64,000 bases of DNA, taken from assembly GCA_002189035.1 (NCBI GenBank), contig NEEC01000018.1:744001-808000 (forward strand). The letters are read 5' to 3'. This document shows positions 12,549-26,850 of the stretch, piece by piece. A program made the position numbers and the translations under genes. Under the pieces are notes generated by a model. It had not been told where the DNA came from. It did not search any database and worked only from the letters and a program-made list of their open reading frames with translations. Source of the stretch: Utricularia gibba. Taxonomy: Eukaryota > Plantae > Magnoliophyta. Position 1 is the stretch's first letter. The number at the start of each line of letters is the position of its first letter.

Positions 12549-14921
12549 AAAACATTTTCGTTTTTATGATAAAACAAAAATATGGATAACACGGCTTTAA
12601 TTCACCATGATCCATCCATCCATCCATCATTATTTTAATAGACACCGAAAACGTAAAAAATAAAAAAATAAAAGGGGGGGGGGGGGGAAGAGGTTGAGTG
12701 GGTTGGTTAGGTAAGAAAAAGGGGAAGAGGAATAGGATGTTAGTGCAGAAACACGGGGAGGGCGGACACATGCGCCAGATCCAGATGCAAAAAATGAGAA
12801 ACGGGCACACAAAAAAAGTTAGATAGACATCCCATCCCATTCCATCCTCCAAAAACACCCCTCGTGGCCCCCCCCACATGGCTTATTATCATTTCCCCCC
12901 AAAAGCGGATAGATTGATGCCAACCACACTTACACATTCAAACTCCACACTAAGGTCATCTTTATTCATGTTCGGAAATAATGACGTGGATATATATTTT
13001 TAATATTTAAATTTTTTAACATTAATATAGTCAACTTTTTGATTTCCGAAAACCATATTTGCGTAAACCCAATTTCCGCTGGAAAACTCAGCTGCTCTTC
13101 CATTTATTTTGTTTCCGGAAATGAATGTAAAAAAAGTGAAAACCTATTTATTTCATTTTATGTGGAATTGTATGTTTCCCAACATTAATAAAGATGCCCT
13201 AATAACATGTGTGCTGTGTGCACACCCTAAACTATTGCCATCATCCCCAACATGCACCATCTCATAACCTTCAACTCAAATAGCTGTCACATGTCACCAC
13301 CATCTTATTCTGCTTTTCACATTAATCTTTATATGAGGAGAATGATTGTTGATGGTTTATATTAAAACTAAGGATTTTAAAATAAAATAATTAAATATCT
13401 AAAAAATTATAAATAACTAATAATTTGTTAGATTCACGCATGCTAATCCGACCCATCAGATAATTAATTTCAACATTTTAAACATATTGAAACCATAGGA
13501 AAGTTTCAAGTTTTGCTTTTATTTCATTTAATTTCTTGATTTCATGGATTATCATTTGTATATATATATTTAATTAATAAATATATTTGGTAGTCGAGAT
13601 TTTTTTCTCTTGATGTACCCAAGCATTGAACCCAATGAAGAAATGTAGCACTAGAAATTGGCAAGTTGAGACATGATGGGTTTCTTTTTAATTTAAAATT
13701 GTGTTTCAAATTATGTAAAATAAAATCAATTTGATATTGTAAAATAGTTTTGTAGGATAACATAAAATTATATTATAAAATTTATTAAAATAAAATATAT
13801 TATATTTTTTAATATTATGATATAAATGTATTGTTAGAATAGACTACGAGTTAATACCATAATTTTTCTTATTAATCTTTGAAACATAAATTCAAGAAAT
13901 TCAATAACTTATAAAATTAATCATAAAATCTAAATTTTTGTTTATATAGAACGATTAAATATTAGAATTTTAAAAAATTAAAAAAAATCACTTCAAAAAT
14001 TAATAAAACAGAATAGGCAGATTTATGGGTAGTGGTTGCTCACCTTGTAATTAATTTCCATTTTAAGATATCAAATATTAGTTATGTTGCAATATATGGG
14101 TGAATATCAAAATGCCTTACTTTTGTTTCAAAAATTGAAGATTTTTACCACGTAGTTTAAATCTTATGTTTGATTTCGTATTGTGCCATATTTTAATATA
14201 TATTATTTAGTTTATAAAAATACATTACATATTCATTTATATCTTTCTGATCAAATAAAAAAATATTCAGATATGATTTATTGCGTCAATCATAAATAAA
14301 ATCATTTATTGAAAATTCAATAGGATATTTTTAAATAATTCTAGAAAATAAAAATAGTCTGAAATTGTTTATTATATTATGAATTATTAACTTATATGAT
14401 ATTCATTTTTTAAATATATTATTCAATTCAGAAAATTTAATAATTACTCAATCAAATTACAAACAACATATGACAAAAATTATCAATTTTCAAAATAAAA
14501 TAGCATTAATTGCAAAATGTCCCAAATTCACACACAGGTATAAACATGAACTTGCAGTATGGTAACCTTAATCACTATTTGGGTGCAATAGATGGACTTG
14601 TTATTTGGTATTCACGAATGGATGTATTAGAAAATTGGACATTTAACATGAAATATGTGATAAAAATAAAAATCAGATATTTTTAATTAAAAAATTTTGA
14701 CGACGGAAGAAAGGAAAATGATCTAGATAATTTAAATATTTAGTTTTAAATAGAAAATGTGGATATCTTTAAACAAATTAGTGACGATTTAACCATTTAA
14801 TATTAAAAGTTGAGAGATTATAAAGCTTGAATTTTGCGTCCCGCAAACACTTCCGTTGCATCGAATTTCAGAAAGGATTTCATGCTTTTGTGGCACCTTC
14901 TGGAACATTTTGGGTGCTGCC

Positions 14922-15752
14922 ATGAAAGGGAAAGATCAGGGAAAAGCGCTGGTGGTGGAGGATATGATGGTGTGTTTTCCGACGAGGCCGCATCTGAGAT
15001 TGATGCCTAAACCAATTTGCAGTCCGGCGAGACCATCGGAGATCGGACGCCACCGCCGCCGCAACTCCCACCACATGAGGAGCTTCAGCATCGGTGCCGC
15101 AGACGAGAATTTGGAAATATCTGAGCCGTCGTCGCCTAAGGTGACCTGCGCCGGCCAAATCAAAGTCAGGCCACGGCGGAGCTCGTGCAACAGTTGGCGG
15201 CAATCGGTGATGGAGGAGTTCGAGAGAATTCAAAGCAACAGAAAACAGAAGGCACTCAGGTTAATCACGTCCCTACGGAGCCTCCGCCTCGATTTCCGAT
15301 GCTTCGGCGGCGTTCACGAGGCGGGGGTTACTTCCGACGAAGATGAAGAAGACGAAGACGGCGACGGAAGCGATCAGGTTACCGCGGAATCGCGAAAGGT
15401 TTACTCGTTAAATTGGTACATGTTTGTCAAAGAAGAAAAGGATGAAGACGAAACTGATGATTACGATTTCCACGAAAACGATCAATCCTCTGAAACTCAT
15501 GATGAAGTCGTTCCGGCAACGCCACCGCCTCCAAACGCCCTCTTACTCATGCGTTGCCGGTCCGCTCCGGCGAAAACCTGGAAAGAAGATGACGAAACCA
15601 CAAAACAGAAAGCGGAACTATTCAAAGAAGAAAAGGTAGGTAAAAAGGGAGAAGCCGTTAGAATGTCAACAGATGCGGTGGAACAGGCATGGTTGTCTGG
15701 AGGAATCAGAGATATCATCCTTCCAAGGAGCAGAAGTTGCAGAAGATGGTAG
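14922..15752 (+). CDS. Plant uncharacterised protein, At1g78110/At1g22230-like, intronless, 276 aa
   Basis: Family motifs CFPTRPHLRLMPKPICSP, EPSSPKVTCAGQIKVRP, WRQSVMEEFERI, PPPNALLLMRCRSAP and C-terminal RSRS. First in-frame ATG at 14922; the ORF-track start at 14856 is TTG. Confidence 0.85.
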   Translation: MKGKDQGKALVVEDMMVCFPTRPHLRLMPKPICSPARPSEIGRHRRRNSHHMRSFSIGAADENLEISEPSSPKVTCAGQIKVRPRRSSCNSWRQSVMEEFERIQSNRKQKALRLITSLRSLRLDFRCFGGVHEAGVTSDEDEEDEDGDGSDQVTAESRKVYSLNWYMFVKEEKDEDETDDYDFHENDQSSETHDEVVPATPPPPNALLLMRCRSAPAKTWKEDDETTKQKAELFKEEKVGKKGEAVRMSTDAVEQAWLSGGIRDIILPRSRSCRRW

Positions 15753-17334
15753 CCATCAAAGCAAGCTAAAGATGTCATCTTTACTACATGGACTATGATT
15801 ACCCGATCCAGGGTTTCTGGGTTTGTCTGAAACCAGACAAATCGGTTGTTTTCCTTTTTGTGTGTTTCACCCAAGGGACGTGTTTTGCTAAGAACACAAT
15901 CAACTATCCTTCTGTACGGTACGCTTGTTTTGTTCGGAGATAGGGTTGATGAAATTAAGGATTAAATACCATACATGACATGAATATATGTAAAATTCAA
16001 ATATATAATAAACATAAATAACATTATAAAAGATTAGATGTAATTAATTACTAATATTATATATTTGATTATTTTATTTTTATTTTTGGATGTGAGATTG
16101 TTTATATGATTGTAGTTAATACTTAAATCATTAGTTGATCTAATTTTTATCGTTTAAATCCAATACATTTATTTTTTTTTTAACTTAAACTCAAATGAAA
16201 CATAGAATACTACTTTCAACACGAATCTCATCAGCCTCCGTGTGTTGCTGCGCTTGCAAGAAAACGTGCAGACTGATATCACACCACAAAGCATTTGTGC
16301 GCAGGGTGGTTGCAATAAACTCTGGTGTTGGTGTAGATCCAGTGAATCGCAAGTAGAAAGTTGCTTTAAAGCAAGGAAACGAGCGCAAGTGACCAACAGC
16401 TCAAGGACAGGAAGGCAAACCTTCTCGAAGCTTTCTTTACCTTTCTCGATGTCACGTTCAGCACACGGAAACAACATACATTTCCTTTTGCCATAAAATG
16501 AGAAGGAAACATGTATTATCCGTGTCCTATTCCTATACTGCTAACTCAATCAGTCTCCATGCATGCGACCTTCTACAAGTAACCTCAGAATCTCAACTCC
16601 AGCAGCATACCACTGTGACTTAGAACTTACATGGAAGTGCCCCAGAAGTCAAATTAGATTCTGGTTCCAGATGATTTAAGATAAAAATTGTGTTTGATGC
16701 ATGAGTTTGTTTAATTCATAAGTATTAAAAGTTGAATTTATAATTATTAAAAATAAATTACATTATTACTCTTAATAATTACACTTTGAAAGAATATTTT
16801 ATCAAAAATATTCTCTCATATGAATTTCCTTAATTAAGCCAATTTATAATTTTTTTCATCTATTTTAAACATATATTTATTAAATATAATAATATTTTAA
16901 ATATGTATTTACTAAATGAGTCTCCTGGCAATATTGATCCTTATTATTTTAAAAATTTACAAAAATTCCTGCTTATAAAGTTTGGATTAGAAGTATTTAA
17001 GGGTATACAGTAAATTAATATACAAAATGATCTAAATCTTATATTTTATATCATTCGATCAAATCGATAATAAAAAGAATTTAAATAATACAAATTATTA
17101 TATTAATCATGTTTGTCAACGTGTACCTAGAAAATTCATTTAAATATAACAAAATAAATTAAATGCAATTATGTACAAATCCACCTACCAAAGGGAGCCT
17201 TAAAAGCTTAGACAATTGATAGGTAGAAGTATTTAAGATATTTAAGATAAGTATCATTTTATAAGAAATGTTTATTCATAAAGCTCGAACGAAAGTCTGA
17301 AAAAGTTGTTAATACTTTAAGGAAGGCAAAATGC

Positions 17335-17950
17335 CACATTAAGATATGCGAATATATGATCTCGTGTCAACATTGCATCATATTTAATTGCTTACTTAGT
17401 TAGATTTCTTTGTAACTATAAAACTTGTCAAATCGATGCAATGAAAAATTTAATTTTGAAAATGTTAGAGGATTGAAATCAGTTGTATGATGAGTGACCT
17501 ATTTTATTTTAATGGGTTGTGTTATCTAATTAGTGAGAATGTTGTAATGGAGTTAAAGATTTTTTACATGAAAACTTAAAGAGTTTTCAGGATAAAAGTA
17601 ATAATGAAGAACTCTTTTAATAATATTGAGAGTTATAAGTATATAATGGTTACAATATAAATTTATACATGGAGTATATAATCGTTAATATAGTAGAAAT
17701 AGTCATTACTTTGTCCTCATTGGGCTTGTTTGGATCTATGGTGGGAGTCACATTACACTAAACCCATCGTATGTGTAAATTACTTTCACTACCCTTAGCT
17801 ATAAAAGGTTTAAAAAAATAGATCATTCCCAAAACACATCAAAAATCCTAGCAGCTCTACCGATACTTAGCAAGCACTCATCGGCTCCTCATATCAATGC
17901 TCTACGAGGCAATCTTATGCCTTTGACTCCTTTTTAATTTCTTTTTCATT
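17335..17950 (+). mobile_element. Degenerate Copia-family LTR fragment
   Basis: About 17345-17460 aligns by eye to 30235-30350 (just after a PPT), and about 17605-17730 aligns to 27390-27520. TATA-like CTATAAAAG near 17800. Boundaries approximate. Confidence 0.55.
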
Positions 17951-18059
17951 TTTTGATGTATATCTTTCCTATTTTACTTGTTTTCCTGTTTTGTGAGTTT
18001 TATCTTCGGATTCCTTTTGAATTTTCCTGTAATATGTGGTTGATTTCCTTTAATCATTT

Positions 18060-21000
18060 ATGATGTACTAAGGCATCTTAGGATGGACAATTGACAGAAA
18101 CATTTGTAAGGATTTGTGCTGCGGAGGTTAAGAAAGGAAACAGCCCAGGAACTCATTCAAATAAAATTGATTGGAGAAATGTAGTTGTAGAATTTAGTAT
18201 ATTATCCGGTATAACATATACAAGAGATCAACTAAAAAGTTGATGGGCTACTTTAAACAATGTTAGTTAGTCTGGATAAAACTGAAAATAAAGCATCCGA
18301 CTTGGAAATAATTGATGATAGAGCCACAATCAATCCAGATATCAACTGGTGGAAACAAGCCACAACATTAATAATAATGGGTAAATTGGGCAACTAGCCC
18401 TCTTACAAAAAGTTTTTTGCTATATAGCTTTATTTTACAAACTTTTGCATAATTGTCTTACTTTATTTATTTATTTTGCTAAACAGCCCTATATAAATAA
18501 ATAAATATATATATATATAACATTTAGATTTTATAATATAAAAATGTTTTATATTATAAACTGTTAAAATATATATAATATTTCAATTTTATATTATTAG
18601 TTTTATGAAAAATTATAATTAATGAAAATTAAAATTTTCAATAAAAAACTATAAAACAAACTTATATATATATATATAATTTATATTTTATAGTATATAA
18701 AATATTTTGATTTTATAATATAAACTGTTATAATATATATAATATTCCCATTTTATACTATTACTTTTATGAAATATTGCAATTAATGAAAACTAATAAA
18801 ATTTTCAATATTCTTAACCAATCATTTTTAATTTTTGCATATTTTTTAAAATTAATTTTAGTTTTATAAAAATATAACAAAGAATTTTTTGGAAGATGCC
18901 TAGTTATCCAATTTACCTTAATAATATTTATCTCTATACTTTTACAAATATTCATTTTAATGGTATCAATTAATTTTAATAAGTATTTTAACTCCATTTT
19001 TAAGAAGACAAGAGGTTTAGTTGGTTCAAGGATTTAGGACCTTTTGTTGAAGAAGAACAATCAGTGATATTTGAAGATTTTGTTGCTATTGGGGAGTATA
19101 TATTCACAATTGCTGGCATTGATACGTTGCCTGATATTGAGATGGAAATAAAAAATCCTGCAAATGATTTTGAAAATTATGAACATTTGGATGAAGCTGA
19201 AACTAATAGCTAACAAAATGGATGAATTGCCTCTCTTGGAAGGGCTTCAAGTGAAATAGGCATGAGAAGAAAACAAAGAGGTAAAGGTAAGAGAAAAGGA
19301 AATGAGGTTGGATCTGAATGCTGGTAAATTTTAGCACAAAAATTAGATAAACGTGCTACGGTTGATGCTGGAGCAAACAAATGGATCAATGCATAGATTT
19401 ATTAAATGGGATGATTGGTGTGGAAGTCGACAATTCATTCTAATTTTAATCATTGAAATTATTTGATAAGAAGTTAAACATACTTGTATTTTTAAAGTTG
19501 AGATCACATGTCTGAAGGTTGGAATGGTTATATAACAAGATAGGTGGAATGTAATTGTTGAAATTTAATTATGTGTCTAAGCCTTAATACTTTTACATGA
19601 ATATGACATGCAATGATGTAATTGTCTTAGAATTTTATTTGTTGTCTTTTGAGAGATTTAAGTCTTATGTATGTGTTTTTCAACTTGAAATGTTTATTTT
19701 GCATAGTTCATTTGCAATATAATTGTTAATAGAAATATCATTTTTTTAATAGGTACTTTAATGATGGCTTGGGAACAATTGATAGATTCACAACGATGTG
19801 ATTTAATAAAATATATTAGATTATTGATTGAACACGCTGCGTATGAAGTCACCTTATATTTAAGATTTGCTAGAGTAAGTAGCAGTATTTCTCAAAATAA
19901 TCATGATTACAGTGGATCACAATAGTTAAAACATATTTTGGAAGGACACTAGAGAGAATGCTACAACAATTTCAAAATATGTCCGCATGCATTCAATAAA
20001 TTATGCCTGTTACAAAATGATTGATATGGGTTGAAACACATAGAGGGTTCTATTCAAAAGCAACTAGTCACTTTTATGCTTATTGTGGGTTTAGGGGTAC
20101 CTCATCGTGGTCCTGTGACTAGAGATCTTAAAAGATCTACATACACAGCACAAAGATCTTTTAAGGATGTATTAAAAACTTCTCTTGCAATATCTCATGA
20201 TTGGATAAGAGATTTTAATGACCCACAACACTCTCATCTATCTATACAAGGAGATACACGATATTGGTCATTTTTAATGACCCATAACACTCTTTGTAAT
20301 AATTTTTTTCAATAACTATTTTTAATCATTACTTCTATAGAATTGCATTGGATGTATCAATGGCACTTACATCCTTACACATATACCATCTGATAAGAGA
20401 AGGCCATAGATAGGAAAAGATGGAAAACCTTCATAAAATATTATGGTAATTTGTGATTTTGATTATAATATCATTTATTACCTAGGTGGCGCAAAAGGTT
20501 CTCAACATTATTCGCATATACTTCAAGAGACTATACAATATAGAAGAAAGAAGTTTCCGATGCCATCAAATGGTACATCCATTTTATAAAATATTTTATG
20601 ATAATATGAATAACATGAATAATTAGTATTATTTTATAAGGAAATATTATCTAGTAGATTTCAGATATTCAAACATGATAGGATTTCTAGCTCCTTACAA
20701 AGGCATGAGTTATCATGTTGCACAGTTTACTAGTGGTTATCATAGCCTTGATGAGCTAATCAACCATCATCATTCGAAACTACAATTGATAATTGAAAGA
20801 ACCATAGAAATCTGGAAAAACAAGTTCAGGGAATAACTTCTATTAGAAGAAATACTGCTATTTTGACGCAAGTAGCACTTGATTAGCTACAATTGTGATA
20901 CGTAATTTCATACGTTTGGTAGATAAGATAGATCCTACGTTTTTGAAAGTAGAAGAATATAGTCAAACAGATGTTGGATCAAGAGCAGTAGTTAGTGTGA

Positions 21001-21090
21001 TGAATTGATCCATGATAGATACATGGATGCTCTTAGAGATCAAATCTGTCAAGCTATTGTTAACTCTAGAATTGTTCGATGTTGATGCCA
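18060..21090 (+). mobile_element. Degenerate PIF/Harbinger transposon (Myb/SANT-like ORF plus DDE transposase, both pseudogenised)
   Basis: 18080-18260 translates to ETFVRICAAEVKKGNSPGTHSNKIDWRNVV...YTRDQLKS*W (Myb/SANT-like). 20030-20830 gives NCIGCINGTY, YLVD, FLAPYKG and NHHHSKLQLIIERT, matching Harbinger transposase motifs. Many stops. TIRs not found. Confidence 0.8.
18379..18918. mobile_element. Mutator-like MITE inserted in the Harbinger Myb ORF
   Basis: TIR GGGTAAATTGGGCAACTAG / CTAGTTATCCAATTTACCT. 10-bp TSD TAATAATAAT / TAATAATATT (1 mismatch). Internal AT-rich duplication of roughly 160 bp. Confidence 0.75.
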
Positions 21091-21187
21091 ATCTTGATTA
21101 TTGGAGAATTTAATAGAAAATAATTTTAATAGAGGATTTTTGTTTATTTTGAATGAAAAATTTAGTTTTTCATTTTTCTGTAAATAT

Positions 21188-24100
21188 TTCCGAAATACCT
21201 TAGATGATTCAAATGAGTACTTGCTTGATCATCACATTCTAACATTCCTCTTTGATGATTCAATTGAAGAACATTTGAGTTATATGTTGGGTTCCTCTTT
21301 AACCCTAAGATTTCCCACAGCCTAAGAAAATTGGAAAGAAAGAGGCATTTTGTCAAGATATAAGTTGCTTGCATCTTGAAAGGTATGTATTCTAGCTTGA
21401 TTGACCGACTTTTCTTTTACATATTCTCATAGAAGATGGTACTTAATCTTGATGTGCTTGGTATGCTTGAACATCATAGCATTTTGAGCTATGCTGATGA
21501 TGGATTTCTTGTCAATTATGAGTATGACTTGTTTGTTGATGCTGATGCATAGGTCTTTACATATTTTAATCAGCCATTGGGCATGATTCGTAGCACCACC
21601 ACCAGCACCAGCCATGTATTTAGCCTTTGCAGAAGATTGAGCAATGGTGTTTTGCATTGATGTTCCATGTGAAAGTAGTTGATCCTAGATTGAACAAATA
21701 GTCGATGGTTGAGTTGTAGTTATCTTCGTCACTTACAAAATCAGAGTCCACAAAGCCTTGCAATGAAGGGTTAGTTCATGTTTTGAAGTATAAGGCTAGA
21801 TTAGAGGAAGATTTCAAATACTTGAGGATTTTGCTAGCTATTTCCATAAGTATAATATAAGGTTTGTGCATGAATCTAGATAGATAGGATATTGTGAATG
21901 TAATGTCGAGTCTTGTCGCTATTAGGTATAGCAGGGCTCTAATGAGGTGCTAGTATTCTTGAGAATTGATATTTTCAATTTCATCGTTTCTACATTTTAG
22001 TTTCACTTCCCGAGGAAATGGAATGGTGCTCTCCTTGACTTCTTGAAACCCATATCTGATCAATAAATCCTCAATATATTTTTTTCTAATTCTTAAATAT
22101 GTAGTCTTGGTCCTACAGGATTTCTAGGCTAGGAAAGTATCTGGTTAGGCCTAGATTCACTAGGTCGAAGCGATTTTTCAGTCTAGTTTTTTGTTCTTTG
22201 ATAAGGTTAGAATTGATTCCCATGATAAGGATGTCGTCTACATATAAGGATATGATGACCTTGCCTACTTCGAGGTCGAAAACATAAAGAGCAGTGTCGT
22301 TTTTACTTATGTTATATTCATGTTCAATCAAACAATAATCCATGGTGGAATACCACTCTTTAGGGGATTGCTTTAATTCATAGAGTGCTTTCTTAAGCTT
22401 TCATATCCTATTCTTTCCATCCTTAATTTCATATTTGGGGGGAGGATAAAAATATATATTCGCACGTAACTCTTCATTTAAAAGGTGCATTTGATGTCTA
22501 GGTAATGAAGCTTCCAGTTACTACAGGTAGCTAGGGCTATAATCAATTTAATTGTGTCGAGACAAGCCACTGGAGTGAAGGTCTCATAATTTCTACGATA
22601 CTTTGTCCTTCAAGAATCGGTTGAATAGCCAATGATATATGTTAGAAACCTCCATTTTTTAACTAGTGATTTGTCAGAATCCCTAAGATAATCTTCATTA
22701 TCACTCTAATGATTGCTCTGAAAAGGATAAATTAAATTGTCATCGGATGTATAGTCATGAAATGCATTTTCCATATATTCTTCGATCACTTCTATAGCTG
22801 TCTTGGAATGAACCCAATTGGTGAAATTATGCTCAAATTTTCATCATCTCTGGCATATGGTTAGTCTTCCACAAATTCGTCTGATCCAATGTTAATTGGT
22901 GATACATTCATACGGTCAATTGGGAGGAGTTGAGAAGCTCCCTAGTGCACTTAATTCGTAGGAAGGAAGATTCCAGGTAGTTTGGTAGCTGACTCATTTA
23001 TTTCAGGAATGAAATATTGGTGAGAGTTGTTGAGCAAATCAGCATTGTCTTCTGAAATGTCCTCAATACTTCTTGAATTGTTGTGTTCTCCATTAACTCT
23101 ATTTTTTTCGTTGATAGAGTTTTCCTTATTGTCATCGGCTTGTGAGTCGAGGTCATTGTAAGTGTTTAGGATATTAATAGTAGACATGTCTAAGTCGACC
23201 CTTGTGGTTGTAAAAACTTCCGAAGAGTTTGAGTGACTATGCATATCATGAGGATTATTATTCACTTCTTCATTTTAAGGGAATAGATTGAACATGTTGA
23301 ATATAAGATTTTCATTTATGAGGGAGATGATAGATTCCTTCAGTCAAATCATTTTGACTCATCTACTACAACGTCTTGACTAAGCTTCATTTTGTGAGAG
23401 TTAAGATTTAGCACTCGATATGCCTTGCTAGTAGTGGAATAACCTAGAAATATTCCCATGTCATATTTGGTGTCCAGTTTGGCCCTTAGTTCCTTCGGCT
23501 TGAGAATTCGAATCCGGTTTTTTGTTGAACCAAAGCTCATATGGTGATTTTCTCCTCTTCGCATCTTTTGTAGGTAGGTGGTTGAGGATGTACATAACAG
23601 TGTGTACTAATTCTCCCCAGAATTGTAGAGGTACTTTTTTATCATATATGAGGCATCTTGCCATATTCATAATGGTGTGGCTTTTTCTTTCACAAATCCC
23701 ATTTTGTTGTGGTGTGTATGGCACATAAATTGATGCACTACCCCGTTGACTTCACAGATACTTTTGAATTCAATAAAAGTGTCTTTTTTTCTGTTGTTAG
23801 ATCTCAATATAAATATTTTCGTGCCAATCTGTGCTTCGGCCATGGTTTTAAATATCATGAAGTAGTGCAGCACTTATGATTTTTTTTTGAGGAGATAAAA
23901 TCATGTATATTTGGAGAATTCATTAATAAACAAGACATAGTATCCTCCATTTTTAGGGATATTCATCGAGTCGCACACATCGATAACCATTGTATCAAGC
24001 TTGTGAATCATAGTTCAACTAGTTTTCGAGAATGGCTTTTAGGTTTGTTTGTATTGGAGACAAACACTATAGATCCTCTCCTAATGTGTTAGGTGAGGAA

Positions 24101-24400
24101 TGTCTTCAACTCGTCTTTTGTTTTGAAGGGTATTAATGGAGTCATAGTTATGTTAGGCATCCGGAACATAATATATATCATTAAATTTTAAGAATTTCTA
24201 TGTTATCTCAAAACATACTGATCCATGTCCTTTGACAGATATGCTTTTACCATTAACTATTTGAATGAATTTGTTCGGTAGAAATGAGAATGTATTAAAT
24301 AGAGTGAGATCATTTGTTAGGTGATGGCTATATCCGTTGTCCATCAACCAGACATCCTACCTTTGGAATTCTGTGCAAAATGTGGGTAATGTGTTTTGAC
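21188..24400 (-). mobile_element. Degenerate Ty1/Copia pol (protease-integrase-RT-RNase H) with PPT and the start of the 3' LTR
   Basis: WLMDNGYSHHL (protease), YTPQQNGICERK and KLDTKYDMGIFLGYS (integrase), IISLYVDDILI (RT), FKHTKHIKIKYH (RNase H). Purine tract then TGTTAGAATG at 21244. The same ~55-bp LTR start recurs at ~27675-27732, suggesting the element originally extended there with the hAT nested inside. Confidence 0.85.
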
Positions 24401-26850
24401 AAACTGAGTAAAGCTCCACAATTAAGGATGTTATGGTGAACGAACAATTCACGTTCAAATCACTTTCGATTCGATTAAAATCGTTTATTTTCTTTTGAAT
24501 AGTATAATTGAACGAATATAAACAAAATTTATGTTTCATTACTTAAATGAAAGAACATAAATGAATAATTGAACATAATCAAACATAATTGAGCATATTT
24601 AATTATATATATAAGGTATTAATTGTATAACAAATAACATATCAAATATTAAATTAAAAAAACTTTCCCCTTACCTTGCAACCCTAGTGCACAGCACCCT
24701 CCATTCCCATCCATTCCATTCAACCAAATACCCCAACTAATATTGTTTATAAGTGAAGATTGATGAGGTGATGTGATGATTATTCATTTTTTCTTAGATT
24801 TTGTAGTATATTAAACCAATTAGTATAACCCCGACTTCATTATCCATCAATGTTTTATTCTATTCTTTCAATTCGAAAAAAACATGCTCTGATGCATATA
24901 TACTTTAACTTTTTTGTTTCTCATTATTTGATTATTTTTACAGTGATATGAATACACGAATTTCTTCAGCTGAGGAAGAGGAAGAGGAAGAGAATCTGAA
25001 AGGAAAAGAAGTAGAAAAGCCTTTTGAAAAAAGACAAAGAAAGAAGTCATCCAAAATATAGGAGACAATGAAGGAAGTTATTAACAAAAATGGCTCAAAA
25101 ATTACAAAATGCACATTATGCAAACAACAATTTAATCTGTCAGCATGTTGAACAACAACTTAGTTGCTTAGACACTTGAAAGATTGTGTTCCAAGATATG
25201 AACGCATGATTCAAAGGAAAAATTTACATCAATGGCTACTGTCTTTTTCTAGTAATGGTATTTCTAATCCCTTATCTTTTAATTATGATCATGCTAAAGT
25301 GAGGAAACTTGATGCTCATATGATTCTTGCTCATGAGTATCCTTTTAAAATGATGGAGCATGTGGTTTTTAACAAGTTCTTGAATACAATTTCCTCACTT
25401 TATGTTAAAATTACTAGACAAGAAGTGAAAAATGATTGTCATGCTATTTATAAATTAGAAAAAAACAAGTTAAAGATATTGTTGAAGGATATAGAGAGAA
25501 TTTCCATACAACTGATTTGTGGAAATCTGGTTAGAAACTACAATATATGGTTGTAACATGATATTTTTTGAATCGTTATTGGAGCTTACAAAAACGTGTG
25601 TTGAATTTTTGCAATCTACCACCTCCCCATAAAGGAGTTATTATTAAAGAATGGTTATATGTGATCAATTATTTTACTAATTGGAGGATTGAAAATAAAG
25701 TATGAAGTATCACAATTGATAATGCTGCTTATAACAATGTATGCATACGACTGCTCAAAGAGAGCTTTTTGATGGAAAAGAATTTTTCTATTAAAAGTAA
25801 GTTATTTCATGTTCGTTGTTGTACTCATATATTAAATCTTTTGGTACAAGATGGTTTTGAATGAAATTGGTGATGTTGTTGTTTGTATTAGAGATAGACT
25901 CAAATATTTGAATAGTTCAGAGGGTTGTTTGATAGAATTTGGAAAGATAAAAAAAAGGTACAATTGCCTATCAGAAAATTGATTTTGGATTGCTGTACTA
26001 GATGGAATTCTACATATATGACGTTGTCATCTAATATTTTTTTCACAAAGCTTTGTAAATTGAAAGAACTTTTGGTTGAGAAAAGTTTAGATCCTAATGC
26101 TCATGTGAGGGCTATGGCTTTCAATATGAGTTTGAAATTGATAAATATTGGGGTGAATGCAATATGGTAATTGCATTAGAAGTAGTTTTAGATCCTAGAT
26201 TTGAATTGGAGCTGTTGGAATTTATTTTTCCAATATTGTATGAGGAGGATAAGACACATGAGAAGATTGAGGAAGTCAAGAAAGTATTGATTGATTTATA
26301 CAATGAGTATGCACTGTCTTATACAACATCTGAATCTACTTAGGTAGAAACTCATCTGTCAATATCAGATAATATGTCTAGTAGAAGATCAGATTATAAG
26401 CCAAAAATTGTAACTAGCATGACGAGGCTTGCTTGCTTTAGAAAAAAACTAGTATCTCAGTTTTTGGAGAAGTTAGACTTAGAAGTCTACTTGTCAAATG
26501 ATACTATTCCTTGTGATCTTAGTGATGCGAATGTTGCATCAAAGTTTGATATTTTGAATTGGTGGAAAATAAATTTTGTGAAATATCCTATCTTAGCCAA
26601 CATTGTAAGACATATTTTGGTTACTTCTATGATATCAGTTGCATTAGAAGCTACTTTCAATGCTTGTGGTCGAGTTATTGATGATTTTCGATTAAATTTA
26701 TCAATTGAAACTGATGAGATGTTACTTTATGCTAGTGATTGAGTAAAAGAAATTCATGAAATAAAGAAATCTACATATGTAAGTAATATTACTTTTCATA
26801 TTTAATTCAATATATTTAAATATTTAGTTTAGTAAAAATCATATTTTTGT
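24400..26850 (+). mobile_element. Degenerate hAT transposon (BED-finger/RICESLEEPER-type transposase)
   Basis: ILAHEYPFKMMEHVVFNKF, HVRCCTHILNLLVQ-like, LDCCTRWNSTY and the dimerisation-domain DILNWWK...YPILANIVRHIL...SVALEATF. Stops and frameshifts throughout. Ends approximate. Confidence 0.85.

Noticed and set aside
12720-12850. G-rich/C-rich fold-back with TCCCATTCC resembling the 3' end of miR482/2118
   Set aside because: Only 9 nt match, the duplex is poor, and the same CCATTCC-type low-complexity motif recurs at about 24705 and 63820.
14880-15874. Several antisense or alternative-frame ORFs (117, 84, 71, 125 aa)
   Set aside because: Shadows of the At1g78110-like CDS; no independent features.
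16385-16420. Possible miR390 site/TAS3 (TGAGCT on the minus strand)
   Set aside because: More than half the positions mismatch miR390 and no tasiARF sequence is present.
16242-16496. Cys-rich peptide GGCNKLWCWC resembling an RBR RING2 motif
   Set aside because: It lacks the remaining Cys/His ligands and starts at a non-AUG codon.
18060-21090. Domesticated Harbinger (ALP/HDP-like) host gene pair
   Set aside because: Both ORFs have multiple stops and frameshifts, and the Myb ORF carries a MITE insertion.
24950-26760. Functional DAYSLEEPER/RICESLEEPER-like gene
   Set aside because: The frame is broken repeatedly; it is a decayed hAT.
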